Positions 18,612-27,284 of a stretch of DNA of 64,000 nucleotides are shown here, piece by piece. Source of the DNA: a virus (taxonomy: Duplodnaviria > Caudoviricetes); the IMG/VR virus record IMGVR_UViG_3300036805_000137, positions 1 through 64,000 of that record. The stretch is one strand, 5' to 3'. The position numbers and the translations under genes were made by a program. Numbering within the stretch: the first letter of the stretch is position 1; the number at the start of each line of letters is the position of its first letter. A model generated the notes under the pieces. The model was not told the DNA's origin, made no database searches, and saw only the letters and a program-made list of their open reading frames with translations.

Positions 18612-18773
18612 ATGTCTGATCCCGCGCTGCGCAGTGCAATGGAATTTGCGGTTGCACGTGCAGACAGTGCGCGGCAGCGTTCCCGCCAAGGCCGGCGCCG
18701 GATGGCACTAGCCCTGAGCTGCCTGACCCTGGTAGCGGTATGCACCCGTGCGGTGCTCTGGCTCGTGCTGTAA
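18612..18773 (+). CDS. Small membrane protein
   Basis: C-terminal hydrophobic helix; start trimmed from ORF 18525. Confidence 0.4.
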   Translation: MSDPALRSAMEFAVARADSARQRSRQGRRRMALALSCLTLVAVCTRAVLWLVL

Positions 18774-18832
18774 GCTCAACCCCGCCACGGTGAGGCACCG
18801 CGCAAGTTCTCACTCTGGTGGTTTCTCTCAAT

Positions 18833-18887
18833 CCAAAATGGCCCCCTATCTCTCCTGTGTGCGGGAGTGGATAGGGGGCCATTTTGG
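18833..18887. terminator. Bidirectional terminator-like hairpin
   Basis: Perfect 18-bp inverted repeat CCAAAATGGCCCCCTATC / GATAGGGGGCCATTTTGG between convergent gene blocks. Confidence 0.75.
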
Positions 18888-18898
18888 CGTGCACGGAC

Positions 18899-19132
18899 TC
18901 AGACGCGTGCGCCTCCAAACATGATCTCGGGCAGATCAGCGTAGGCAATCGCGCTGGCCTCGATGCTTTCGGGAGCCAGTTCATCGGTTGCGGTCTGGTA
19001 GCGGTAGCGGCCTATGGAGATGGCTACCTCTGAACTCTCGGCATCGATGATCCACGCATGGGCCGGGTGGTCGGCATGGCTGCACACCACCAGAAAGGGC
19101 GAGGGCGTGGTCGAAGCGGTGGCGCTAGTCAT
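18899..19132 (-). CDS. Hypothetical protein
   Basis: AAGGAG RBS upstream; 77 aa. Confidence 0.6.
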   Translation of the reverse strand: MTSATASTTPSPFLVVCSHADHPAHAWIIDAESSEVAISIGRYRYQTATDELAPESIEASAIAYADLPEIMFGGARV

Positions 19133-19182
19133 TGCTTTGTCTCCTTGACGTGGCGAGTCGTGAGGGGGGTTTAGTAGTTAAA

Positions 19183-19386
19183 CTACAGCGAAACGGGGTA
19201 GTAAACCGCGATTGTCTCTTTGACGCGTCGGACCTTGTGGCCGGTTTCGGCTACGTGTGCCTTGCACTTCGCTACGGTGGTGTCTTTGCTGTAGTCCAGC
19301 TCCCATGAGCATCCCTCCTGCTGGCACTCGGCGTAGGGCTGCATAGTCACCTCAGTGTAGGACACTGTGTACTTGGTCGCTACCAT
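19183..19386 (-). CDS. Small Cys/His (zinc-finger-like) hypothetical protein
   Basis: GGAG RBS; C-x4-C...C-x2-H-x4-H; start trimmed from 19497. Confidence 0.55.
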   Translation of the reverse strand: MVATKYTVSYTEVTMQPYAECQQEGCSWELDYSKDTTVAKCKAHVAETGHKVRRVKETIAVYYPVSL

Positions 19387-19390
19387 TGTT

Positions 19391-19702
19391 CTACTCTCCT
19401 GTTCCGGGTAGGTAGATGTCAATGATGGATTGTAGCCATTCGGGCTTGGTGTCGGGCGGATACCAGCAATGACTGCCCCGGACGGCCGAAAGAACACCGC
19501 CGGTTTTTAGTTTAGGCCCGTACACCTCCACACGTACCAATTGCCAGGATTGGTTGCTGGGCTTGCCGTAGAGCAGGATGATGCCCTCCGGCAGAAACCG
19601 ACCAGATGCACCCTGCACTGGTAAAGTTTCCGCATCAACCAGAGTCATGGCGAGCCGGCGCTCATCGTAGATGGATATCGGATATGCAGTCACGGCGGTC
19701 AT
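19391..19702 (-). CDS. Hypothetical protein, paralog of the adjacent gene
   Basis: Shares F-x-P...I-x-Y-x-KP...G-x-KLK...P(E/D)WL with 19714..20049. Confidence 0.6.
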   Translation of the reverse strand: MTAVTAYPISIYDERRLAMTLVDAETLPVQGASGRFLPEGIILLYGKPSNQSWQLVRVEVYGPKLKTGGVLSAVRGSHCWYPPDTKPEWLQSIIDIYLPGTGE

Positions 19703-19713
19703 GCTGACTTCCC

Positions 19714-20049
19714 TTACTGGTAGAGCTCAGGTGCATAGTCTGGGTGGTAGTCATTGATCAGCGCATTTAGCCAATCAGGGTTGTCCCCTGCATAGGCATC
19801 ACAGGTCCACCTAGCGCGATGAACGCCGGGTGTGCCATCTTTTTTCAATTTGTATCCCGCTACCTGAGCACTTCCGCAATGCCAGTGCTGCTTATCCGGC
19901 GGTTTCCGGTAGATGATAATGACGCGGTCTGGTTGAAACTCACCACTGAGGTATGGCACGGCCATTGGCGCTATGTCTGTGATGTTAATATGCACAACGT
20001 GTTCGCTGTAGATCTTGGCCTGACCAATGCAGGCGGTCTGCTCACTCAT
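19714..20049 (-). CDS. Hypothetical protein, paralog of the adjacent gene
   Basis: Same shared motifs; start trimmed from 20106. Confidence 0.6.
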   Translation of the reverse strand: MSEQTACIGQAKIYSEHVVHINITDIAPMAVPYLSGEFQPDRVIIIYRKPPDKQHWHCGSAQVAGYKLKKDGTPGVHRARWTCDAYAGDNPDWLNALINDYHPDYAPELYQ

Positions 20050-20119
20050 ACTGCTCTCACTTTCTGGGTTGGGAGGGGATGCCCCGGTGAGATGGCGAGC
20101 TCTCACCGGGGCGGATCAA

Positions 20120-20800
20120 TCAGAGCTCAGGGACCATTTCAGTACCAGCAGGGCACCGCGGCGCACCTACAGCAATCCACTTGTGCGTGGTGCGCACCGT
20201 GTAACCGCAGCACGGGCACTCACACTTGACGTGACGGTTGCTCTGGCGCGGGGGGCCGGTGTGGACGCGCCCGCCACCTGTGTAGGCCGGATCTTTCGTG
20301 GTCACCCGGGCCGGGACATCCACCCGCAGCGCGCCGTGAGGGTACTCGCCCAGTGCGGCAGCCACGGTGATCAGGTCGGCTTGCAGCTCGATGCTGGCTG
20401 GCGTTTGGGTCATCGGTCCGTTAAAGCCCAGCCGGGTGGCGATCTCGGCAAAGCGCTTGGTGTGGCCGTCCATAATGCCCTCATCGGAATCTAGGGCACT
20501 GTGGATGAGCTCGTGGCCTAGCGTGCGTAGCACCTCCATGGTGTCGTCAATTTCCGGGGAGATAAAGATGTGGTTGACACCATCGGCGCTCTGGATCCGT
20601 GACCAGCACTGGCCAAGTAATTTGGCATTCTCGCGCTTGGCGCCGTAGCCGAATCCCACGCTCACGTGGAAGCGGGCCGGGATGGGGAAACCGACCTGCT
20701 CGAACCGAGAGCGGAAGTAAGTCTCAATGGCCTGCTCTAGCCAGCGCTCGCGGGTGGGGCTGAGGTCCGTTTCGGTGTTGTTGTTGGCTGCGCTGGTCAT
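20120..20800 (-). CDS. SprT-like zinc metalloprotease-fold protein
   Basis: LGHELIH (HExxH), downstream GH..RF, C-terminal CPCC...C zinc ribbon; start trimmed to MTSAANN. Confidence 0.7.
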   Translation of the reverse strand: MTSAANNNTETDLSPTRERWLEQAIETYFRSRFEQVGFPIPARFHVSVGFGYGAKRENAKLLGQCWSRIQSADGVNHIFISPEIDDTMEVLRTLGHELIHSALDSDEGIMDGHTKRFAEIATRLGFNGPMTQTPASIELQADLITVAAALGEYPHGALRVDVPARVTTKDPAYTGGGRVHTGPPRQSNRHVKCECPCCGYTVRTTHKWIAVGAPRCPAGTEMVPEL

Positions 20801-20855
20801 CTGACTGACCTTTCTGGGCGGGCGTGCCTGGCGGTTTCTGCCAGGTTTTCTCTTG

Positions 20856-20897
20856 CCTGACAAACACCACGTTACTAGGTCCATGCGAGGTATGCAA
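20856..20897 (-). promoter_or_regulatory. SigA-like promoter
   Basis: TTGCAT-17bp-TAACGT followed by TGTCAGG. Confidence 0.55.
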
Positions 20898-20961
20898 GGG
20901 TGTACACGAGATCTCATCATGATTTTTTAGGGGAGCTCTGAGCAGGCACAACCGCCTTGGC

Positions 20962-21177
20962 GTGACCTTGGCAGCGGATTGTTGCGCGGTTGCCGTAGGC
21001 TCTGGGCTCGTGATGAGACGCCTGATTGGCCTGGCCGGCTGCATCGCTGCGGTGAGCGCGGCAGCTCTGATCGGCTACGCGATACCCACTACGGCACCGC
21101 AAGATCCCTGCACAGAATTCACGTGCGGTGGCCTGGCCCCGGTGCATACACTGCCACTGCCCGACCGTGGCCTCTGA
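20962..21177 (+). CDS. Small membrane/secreted protein
   Basis: Hydrophobic N-terminal helix; GGGAG RBS. Confidence 0.45.
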   Translation: MTLAADCCAVAVGSGLVMRRLIGLAGCIAAVSAAALIGYAIPTTAPQDPCTEFTCGGLAPVHTLPLPDRGL

Positions 21178-21394
21178 GCGGCAGCTGAGCTGTTGCATCG
21201 AGCGCCGGTACTGCAGGTGGTGTGAATACCGGCGCAGTAGCGCCTACGTGCTGCCCAGTGCTGATGTGCTGTGGTTCTGCCGATGCCCGGGTCACTCCTG
21301 GCGCTACACCCCGCCAGCAGGCCTGCAAGACGGCATCCTCACCGCAACCGAGAAAGCGCTAGTCATCCGAGCTCGCGCGGCTGTTCGAGGATGA
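21167..21394 (+). CDS. Small Cys-rich hypothetical protein
   Basis: CC, CxxC and CxC motifs; GTG overlapping the upstream gene. Confidence 0.4.
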   Translation: MASERQLSCCIERRYCRWCEYRRSSAYVLPSADVLWFCRCPGHSWRYTPPAGLQDGILTATEKALVIRARAAVRG

Positions 21395-21614
21395 GGAAAA
21401 CGGAGCAACGCGTGTACACGAGCTCGATCTAAGATCCCGCTAAGCCAACGCTAAGATCATTATCAGACGGGTTGCCCGCACTCAGAGCAGGCCCGGTACA
21501 CCCCGCCAGACAACAGCTTTTGCCGGTCAATGATGTTGGCCTGGCAACACGGGCTGCCGGCCGTTTCCGGTGCTTGCCGGCCGGACACGCGTAGATGCGA
21601 TGGTCGCCGCAAAC

Positions 21615-21872
21615 TCATGACGCAGACTCCTCAGTAGTAGCGGCCGGCACGATAGCCGGTGAGGGCACGGTTCCCGGCCAGTTGGCCATGGCGCGCTGGT
21701 GCTCGGTTGCTGCCATCTCGGCAAGGTAGCGCCGGCCATCGAACTCAGGGCTCTCCCAGTCCGGGCAGTCATCGCAACGCACCGCGTGGAAATCGCCTGA
21801 TGCGCTGGCGATGATGTACGTCTGGTGCACCGGCTCACGAACAGCCTTAGGCACTACAGTCGGCTCACTCAT
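21615..21872 (-). CDS. Hypothetical protein with CxxC
   Basis: GAGGA RBS; RCDDCPDW motif. Confidence 0.55.
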   Translation of the reverse strand: MSEPTVVPKAVREPVHQTYIIASASGDFHAVRCDDCPDWESPEFDGRRYLAEMAATEHQRAMANWPGTVPSPAIVPAATTEESAS

Positions 21873-21989
21873 CGTTGCCCGGATCCTCCTCAAAATAGAA
21901 ACACATGCAGTTCTCTACGGTGCATTCTCCATCGGCATCATGTTCGTCAAACACATCACCGCACACGCATGTCGTATCCCCGGAAATGT

Positions 21990-22352
21990 TCACGCTGACT
22001 CCTCTTTGTGTGAGCGGCCGGCGCGCTTGCCGATGTGCTGCATGGTGGTGTACCGCCGCTCACCGGTCAGGCCCTTGCGCCAGTTGCGGCCGGGCAGGCT
22101 GGCCTTCCACTCTCGGATCTCGCGCTCACGGGAGGGCTCCCAGCCACGGATCATCACGTCGCTGTTGGCAGTGGGGATCACTACGTCTGGTGCTGGGAAT
22201 GTGGGCAGCTCACCGTGCTCCGCTCCCCAAATCCAGCGATTGACTGTCACCGGACTGACGCCGAACAGACCAGCGATGTGCGCCACACCCATTAGCCGGC
22301 GGGTGCGGCTGGTGTGCTCGGTACCATTATCTATTGGTGCTGCGTCGGTCAC
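21990..22352 (-). CDS. Helix-turn-helix DNA-binding protein
   Basis: LMGVAHIAGLFGVSPVTVNRW HTH; GGAGG RBS before GTG 22352. Confidence 0.75.
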   Translation of the reverse strand: MTDAAPIDNGTEHTSRTRRLMGVAHIAGLFGVSPVTVNRWIWGAEHGELPTFPAPDVVIPTANSDVMIRGWEPSREREIREWKASLPGRNWRKGLTGERRYTTMQHIGKRAGRSHKEESA

Positions 22353-22449
22353 GCTACTACCTCCACTATTGCGATCGTATAAGTAACGTAGATGAGCAAC
22401 AACACCAAACAGTACCGTGCGCAGTGCATCGCGCTGATCCGGCCTAGCA

Positions 22450-22743
22450 TCAGGTATCCCCCCGTTGGGCAAACCGCGCCACCCGCGGGCGCATGTGGTG
22501 GGATTCTAGCTGCCTGGCTAGAGCCTTGAGCCGGGCACGCTGGTTGCGCACGTCCGCACGGTCAACTCGGCTCTCAAATTTGTAGAGGGCCTTGCCCAGC
22601 ACGTTGTACGCAGCCATCACCGCGGCGTGTAGTTCCTCGCACAGCTCAACTGGTGCCGGCTGAGCACCCAGCATCGCCCGCGTGGCTGCCGCAATGACCA
22701 TGCGCGCCCGCGTCTCACTGTCCATGCTGTCGTCAGCCGCCAT
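22450..22743 (-). CDS. Hypothetical helical protein
   Basis: GGGAG RBS, 97 aa. Confidence 0.55.
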   Translation of the reverse strand: MAADDSMDSETRARMVIAAATRAMLGAQPAPVELCEELHAAVMAAYNVLGKALYKFESRVDRADVRNQRARLKALARQLESHHMRPRVARFAQRGDT

Positions 22744-23220
22744 TACTACTCTCCCGTCTTGCTCGTGTGCATGCGGATCACGTTAGTCACTCGCGGTTCC
22801 GCCAGCTGTGCAATTTCCAGTAATTCGGATAATGTCGCGTGATCCCGGACAAACTCTACCAACAGATCACGCAATCCCTGAGTCTCACTGTCTAGCTCAT
22901 CCACTCCTACTGCCCTCCCGTTTCGTCTTCACCGTCTTTGCCGTGGCCTGGGCAGCACGTGATGCACATTCGGCAGCGTGCACACCAACCAGCGATGCGA
23001 TCTAAGCAAGTATCACACCGGGGGCAAGCGCCTGGGCAGCACGGGCCGGGATGATGCCGTGCGGCTTGGATCAATGCCGGGTACGGGCCGGCGCGCAGAC
23101 ATCGGGGATTGTGGTGGATAGCTGCCGGCGGTACCCGGTGCCAGCAATCCTGAGCTCGGCACCGCGGCCACTCATTCGGCCGGCCGGACTTCCCCCCTTC
23201 CTTCCCCTGACGGTGCACCA

Positions 23221-23655
23221 TCACGGCACCCGGCGCAGATCTTTGGCATACTCCCAACTGCGTAGCGAGCGCCACTGGACGAACACTTTAAGCCCTAGAT
23301 GCGAGCCCGCTCCGTGGATATGTGCACCACGCTCTCTGTCTGCATCGGTCGGCTCGATCACCTGACCCGTATGCAGCGGACCCATCTGTCGAGCAACCAG
23401 CGTGCCGTAGGGGAAATCCTGAGACTGTTCGGCATCACTACACTCTGTTTCGTTGGGCTCATTAGCGCGCACCCAAGCGTGTACACGCTCAGCCTCTGCC
23501 CATACTTCCATGTAACGGGCACCCGGTGTTTCCTGCACGTACACCGCAACAGCCTCAATGTCCCGCCAGGGGATCTCCGTTCGCTCTTGGTGACTCATCC
23601 TAAACATCCTCAGCATCTCTTGACCTAGACCAGTTGGTCTCAGCCGGCGGATCAT
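23221..23655 (-). CDS. Hypothetical protein
   Basis: 144-aa ORF in the minus-strand block; GGAG RBS; start uncertain. Confidence 0.5.
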   Translation of the reverse strand: MIRRLRPTGLGQEMLRMFRMSHQERTEIPWRDIEAVAVYVQETPGARYMEVWAEAERVHAWVRANEPNETECSDAEQSQDFPYGTLVARQMGPLHTGQVIEPTDADRERGAHIHGAGSHLGLKVFVQWRSLRSWEYAKDLRRVP

Positions 23656-24037
23656 CAGTGCTGTTAGTTACTCCGTCACTAGCAATCCAGTCGGAAGCAT
23701 CACGATTTAGTTCTCGACTTTCAGCCAATCGATCAAAGATTCTCATCCTCTACTCTCCAAACCTTTGTGCTGGGTGGTGACGCCCGGTGCGCTATTCTGT
23801 CAAATGACGCACCGGGCATCTGCCGGGCTTACTCCTGCAGCAACTGGTCAAGCTCGACACCGGCTGCCTGCTCAACTTCCTCTGTGGTTGCACCCGAATC
23901 TTTCAGCTCAACCAGCCGCTCATATGCTGCGGTCCACGTACCCCCATGTCTTCACCTCCCCTTACCACTCGATGAGTTCACCGTCATATCCATCATCTTT
24001 CTTATCAGGATCAACCACTGTGTTTCACCTCCCCTCG

Positions 24038-24283
24038 CTAGGCACTGTTGCGGTGCCCGGTACGGACATTATGGCGGCTGGGAGATCCGTCTGGGTGGCC
24101 TCCCCAAATCCCGGCATCCTGGCCGGACGTGAGAGCCCACTCCAGACATGCCTGGCGCACCGGGCACCGCCGGCACACTGTCTTAGCTTCAGCGATCTGA
24201 GCAAGTGCTGGGCCAGAGGTACCGGCCGGGAAAAACAGCTCAGGATCCTCTGTCCGGCATTCTGCCTTGTGGCGCCAATCCAT
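24038..24283 (-). CDS. whiB: WhiB family transcription factor (WhiB1-like), atypical C-terminus
   Basis: W...A.C...DPELFFP...AK.VC..CPV...CL.WAL...GIWGG; all four Fe-S Cys present; GGAGG RBS. Confidence 0.93.
   Translation of the reverse strand: MDWRHKAECRTEDPELFFPAGTSGPALAQIAEAKTVCRRCPVRQACLEWALTSGQDAGIWGGHPDGSPSRHNVRTGHRNSA
24076..24100. repeat. Left copy of a 25-bp perfect inverted repeat
   Basis: GGCTGGGAGATCCGTCTGGGTGGCC is the exact reverse complement of 26554-26578. Confidence 0.9.
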
Positions 24284-24331
24284 GATCAGTACCTCCTTCC
24301 CTTTCTGCTCAGCTGAGGGGTGTCTCTTTGG

Positions 24332-24973
24332 TCAGCTGTTGCGGTTTGTCCGTCGTACGCGGTGCTCATGCAGCCACCCGCGGAGCCGATACCAAACCTT
24401 GCGACTCAATGACATATGAGAGTAGTTGATCTCCCAGAGCGCAGTGCTTACTTCCTCAACTGCGTCAACCAGCCGCTCCATCCGGTGATGAGTCTCAAAG
24501 GTCTGCTCAATGTCATGATCAGTTTTCAGGCTCATCACCTGGCGGATCCCGATAAGCTCGAAAATCAAAGCGTGGTCGGTGCACCGTAGGTTGCCGTCTG
24601 AACATTCGGTTATCCCGCGCTCATTACAGCCGTACTGAGTGGCGCTGTCGTCACTCCAGCCTTCCTGACAGCGATAGACACCGGCTGGCTGAGGCTGGCT
24701 CCAATCGATGGACTGAAACGATGCCAGCTCCGATACCAGCGGCTCCGACCAAACAGCACCACATTCCGGGCAGTCGTAATCCCGTCCGGGGGTAGCCTCT
24801 GTGCCTGCCATGAACTGCCGGTACTTGGCCTCACTGTCTACCATCGAATCAGCCATGCAGACCGGACACACCCGCGGGGTGCGCGTGGGTTCTGACAGCT
24901 GCGAGACGGCACTATTCCTGATCCGCTCTTGGATCCACTCGGGTAGCTCTGACCAAACATATTTTTCTGACAC
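24332..24973 (-). CDS. Hypothetical protein with CxxC pairs
   Basis: CPVC, CPEC and further Cys/His; AGGAG RBS before GTG 24973. Confidence 0.6.
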   Translation of the reverse strand: MSEKYVWSELPEWIQERIRNSAVSQLSEPTRTPRVCPVCMADSMVDSEAKYRQFMAGTEATPGRDYDCPECGAVWSEPLVSELASFQSIDWSQPQPAGVYRCQEGWSDDSATQYGCNERGITECSDGNLRCTDHALIFELIGIRQVMSLKTDHDIEQTFETHHRMERLVDAVEEVSTALWEINYSHMSLSRKVWYRLRGWLHEHRVRRTNRNS

Positions 24974-25014
24974 AGTGATCTCCTGTAACTGAGGCGAGTC
25001 TGATGATCGGATGG

Positions 25015-25188
25015 TTAACCGGTGTGGACTGGGCGCACCCGGCCGCACACGCGCTCTGGCATGTAATAGGGGTCGGTCTCCCACGTGACCAGCGCGATAT
25101 CAAGCAACCGCTCAATGGCCTGCTCGTGCGTATGGCCGGTAGCCGCTTGATACACCGCCACTCGGGCGGCCAGATCGTTACTGAGCAT
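25015..25188 (-). CDS. Small hypothetical protein (57 aa, below track cutoff)
   Basis: CAGGAG RBS, ATG 25188, MLSNDLAARVAVYQ... Confidence 0.45.
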   Translation of the reverse strand: MLSNDLAARVAVYQAATGHTHEQAIERLLDIALVTWETDPYYMPERVCGRVRPVHTG

Positions 25189-25209
25189 GGTGCCCTCCTG
25201 GCAGTTTGT

Positions 25210-25446
25210 CTAGCTGATGGGGGTATGCAGAGGTCGGTGTGAGTAGCGGGTCCATGCGCCATTGCCTACAGCCAGCGCCATGTGGTGAGTAACCAACCAC
25301 TGCAGGATGATGCGAGCCTCGTTAGTGCTGATGTTGGCCTTGCGTGCCAGTGCTGATGGTGTCCAGCTTGTCTCAGGTGTGGTATCCAAGATATTGCCGA
25401 TGACATCGGACAGCTCATACTGCGTGTCTGTCAGTTCCTCGCTCAT
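25210..25446 (-). CDS. Small winged-HTH-like protein
   Basis: WTPSALARKANISTNEARIILQWL; GGAGG RBS. Confidence 0.6.
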   Translation of the reverse strand: MSEELTDTQYELSDVIGNILDTTPETSWTPSALARKANISTNEARIILQWLVTHHMALAVGNGAWTRYSHRPLHTPIS

Positions 25447-25476
25447 CGGATGCCTCCCGGCTGGAATCATTGCTTG

Positions 25477-25518
25477 CCTGACACTGCTTACGCTACCGGC
25501 CGGCTCATACCATGTCAA
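25477..25518 (-). promoter_or_regulatory. SigA-like promoter
   Basis: TTGACA-17bp-TAGCGT followed by GTGTCAGG. Confidence 0.7.
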
Positions 25519-25554
25519 GAGATTTTGTAGGGTATGAGCTGGCCGGCGACCCTT

Positions 25555-26112
25555 TCAGCTGATGAGGTACTGGTCAGGGTTGATAACCTGCACCCGGTCA
25601 AGATCAATGTATCGGCGCTGGTTTTCTCCGGCTACCTCGACTACAGCGACCTTGGCGCCGTGGCGGTATTTGCTGGCCTCGATGCTACGGATGATGCCCA
25701 CTACGCCGGCATTCTTGCCGCGGGTGGTCAGCGAGCGGACCTCTTTACCGATAGCGGGCTCGCTGGACTTGATGCGCGCGAGCTTTACATCGGCAGCTGC
25801 CCGTTGGCGCGCGAGGTATTCTTGAGCCTTGGCCATGGTGTCAGCATCCGCATCTACCTTAGCGCCATTGTGGTAAGTCCAACCGCGAGTACTGGCATAC
25901 TCAATCTCGCGGACGCTCTGGCTCTGCTCATCCCAAACCAGCGCGTAAAAATCTGAGTCATCGTGCCAGTTATGCTCACCTGTGTAGATGACGCATCCCG
26001 TCCAGCTCTCGATGAGGTTGGGGCAGGGCTGGTAACTGTTGGCGACCTCGCTGGTGCACAGTTTGTTGCCGCTGTAGGTGCCTCCGCAGATGTGGATAGC
26101 CACTGCGCTCAT
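25555..26112 (-). CDS. Hypothetical protein with SH3-like C-terminus
   Basis: CAGGAG RBS; start trimmed from 26172. Confidence 0.6.
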   Translation of the reverse strand: MSAVAIHICGGTYSGNKLCTSEVANSYQPCPNLIESWTGCVIYTGEHNWHDDSDFYALVWDEQSQSVREIEYASTRGWTYHNGAKVDADADTMAKAQEYLARQRAAADVKLARIKSSEPAIGKEVRSLTTRGKNAGVVGIIRSIEASKYRHGAKVAVVEVAGENQRRYIDLDRVQVINPDQYLIS

Positions 26113-26140
26113 CTCCTGCTGGTCTGGGTGGTGTTGTCGT

Positions 26141-26182
26141 CCTGACACCACTGACATTACCGACCGGCTCATACCATGTCAA
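26141..26182 (-). promoter_or_regulatory. SigA-like promoter
   Basis: TTGACA-17bp-TAATGT followed by GTGTCAGG; near-identical to 25477-25518. Confidence 0.7.
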
Positions 26183-26203
26183 GGGTTTTTGCGTGGTGTG
26201 TTG

Positions 26204-26617
26204 CTATGCCCAGAGCACCGCGTAGTCCTGCTCAACACAGAACCGTGCCAGCGTCTCCAGCAGTTCGAGTTTTTCTTGCAGGTAACCCTCCCGGCGCGGG
26301 CCATGCCACACCGCGGCGCCACCACCACCAACCAGCATTGCCAGGGTCGGTGACAATTCCTCTGGTGTCATCTGGTAGGCAGGCATAGCCTCATCGCGGG
26401 GAGCTATTGCCAGCGCGAGCAAGACACACCCTAGAAAGTCGCCGGCAGGTGCATAGCCCACGCAGCCCTCCTCATCATCAAGAGGCAATCCCAGCACACC
26501 CAGCAGGCGAACTGCATTGGTGTTGGCAAGGTTGACCTCATGATGCCGGGCGTGGCCACCCAGACGGATCTCCCAGCCCTCAGCGGTGGCCTGGCCGGGG
26601 TAAAAGGTGACACACAT
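26204..26617 (-). CDS. Hypothetical protein
   Basis: GGGAGG RBS before ATG 26617; downstream of a promoter. Confidence 0.6.
   Translation of the reverse strand: MCVTFYPGQATAEGWEIRLGGHARHHEVNLANTNAVRLLGVLGLPLDDEEGCVGYAPAGDFLGCVLLALAIAPRDEAMPAYQMTPEELSPTLAMLVGGGGAAVWHGPRREGYLQEKLELLETLARFCVEQDYAVLWA
26554..26578. repeat. Right copy of the 25-bp perfect inverted repeat
   Basis: GGCCACCCAGACGGATCTCCCAGCC. Confidence 0.9.
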
Positions 26618-26651
26618 TGCGGGGCCTCCCCTGGTTGGTGTGTTACGAGCT

Positions 26652-26680
26652 ACGCTACCGGCCAGCCCGTACCATGTCAA
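26652..26680 (-). promoter_or_regulatory. SigA-like promoter
   Basis: TTGACA-17bp-TAGCGT. Confidence 0.7.
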
Positions 26681-26768
26681 GACATCTTGTGAGGTGAGGG
26701 CAAAGAAAATCCGGCCCGGGCATCGAGCACCCTGCAGCCGGATCTTCCTGCCACCCACTTAGACCACG

Positions 26769-27284
26769 TCACACGCCTGCTGGCTCAGGAATGGTGGCCT
26801 TGGTAGAGGTGGCCTTAGGTGCGGTGGCCTGCCCGTTGGTATCGGGGGCCGGCGCCTCCTGCACCGGGGATGCTGTGAGCAGTGCCTGCAGTGCCTGTAC
26901 TCCAGCGTCGCCGCCAAGGTTGTACGCATCGAGCACACCCAGAGGAATGCGTCCGCGGTCGCTCACAGGGTAGCCGTGGTTAGTGGCCCAAGCCCGGATT
27001 GCCGCATTCTGCTCACGGTCTGCCCGGGTAACCGCGCGGGCTGGCGCGGCGCCGCTGGCCGTCACCGTCCTGGGTCGCCCAACGCCACGAGCCGGGGCAC
27101 TAGTGGCCTTGCGGGCAGCTTCCACATACGGCGCCAGCGCGGTGCTGAGGCCACCAAAGTTGGTGTCCGTCAGATCGATCTCATACGTGGTGCCGTCCAG
27201 CTCGATGCTGTGCGTGGTCACGGGCGCGGCATCAGAGTGCTCAGTCTGGTCGAGGTCATCAAACCGTACAGTCTTGGTACCCAT
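26769..27284 (-). CDS. lsr2: Lsr2-like nucleoid-associated protein
   Basis: DDLD...LDGTTYEIDL...ALAPYVEAARK dimerisation domain; AIRAWA..HGYPVSDRGRIP AT-hook-like DNA-binding domain. Confidence 0.93.
   Translation of the reverse strand: MGTKTVRFDDLDQTEHSDAAPVTTHSIELDGTTYEIDLTDTNFGGLSTALAPYVEAARKATSAPARGVGRPRTVTASGAAPARAVTRADREQNAAIRAWATNHGYPVSDRGRIPLGVLDAYNLGGDAGVQALQALLTASPVQEAPAPDTNGQATAPKATSTKATIPEPAGV

Noticed and set aside
23829-23947. Small minus-strand gene with GGAGG RBS whose plausible frame (TWTAAYERLVELK...) is out of phase with its ATG at a G run
   Set aside because: Could be a homopolymer sequencing error or a decayed micro-gene; too short to call
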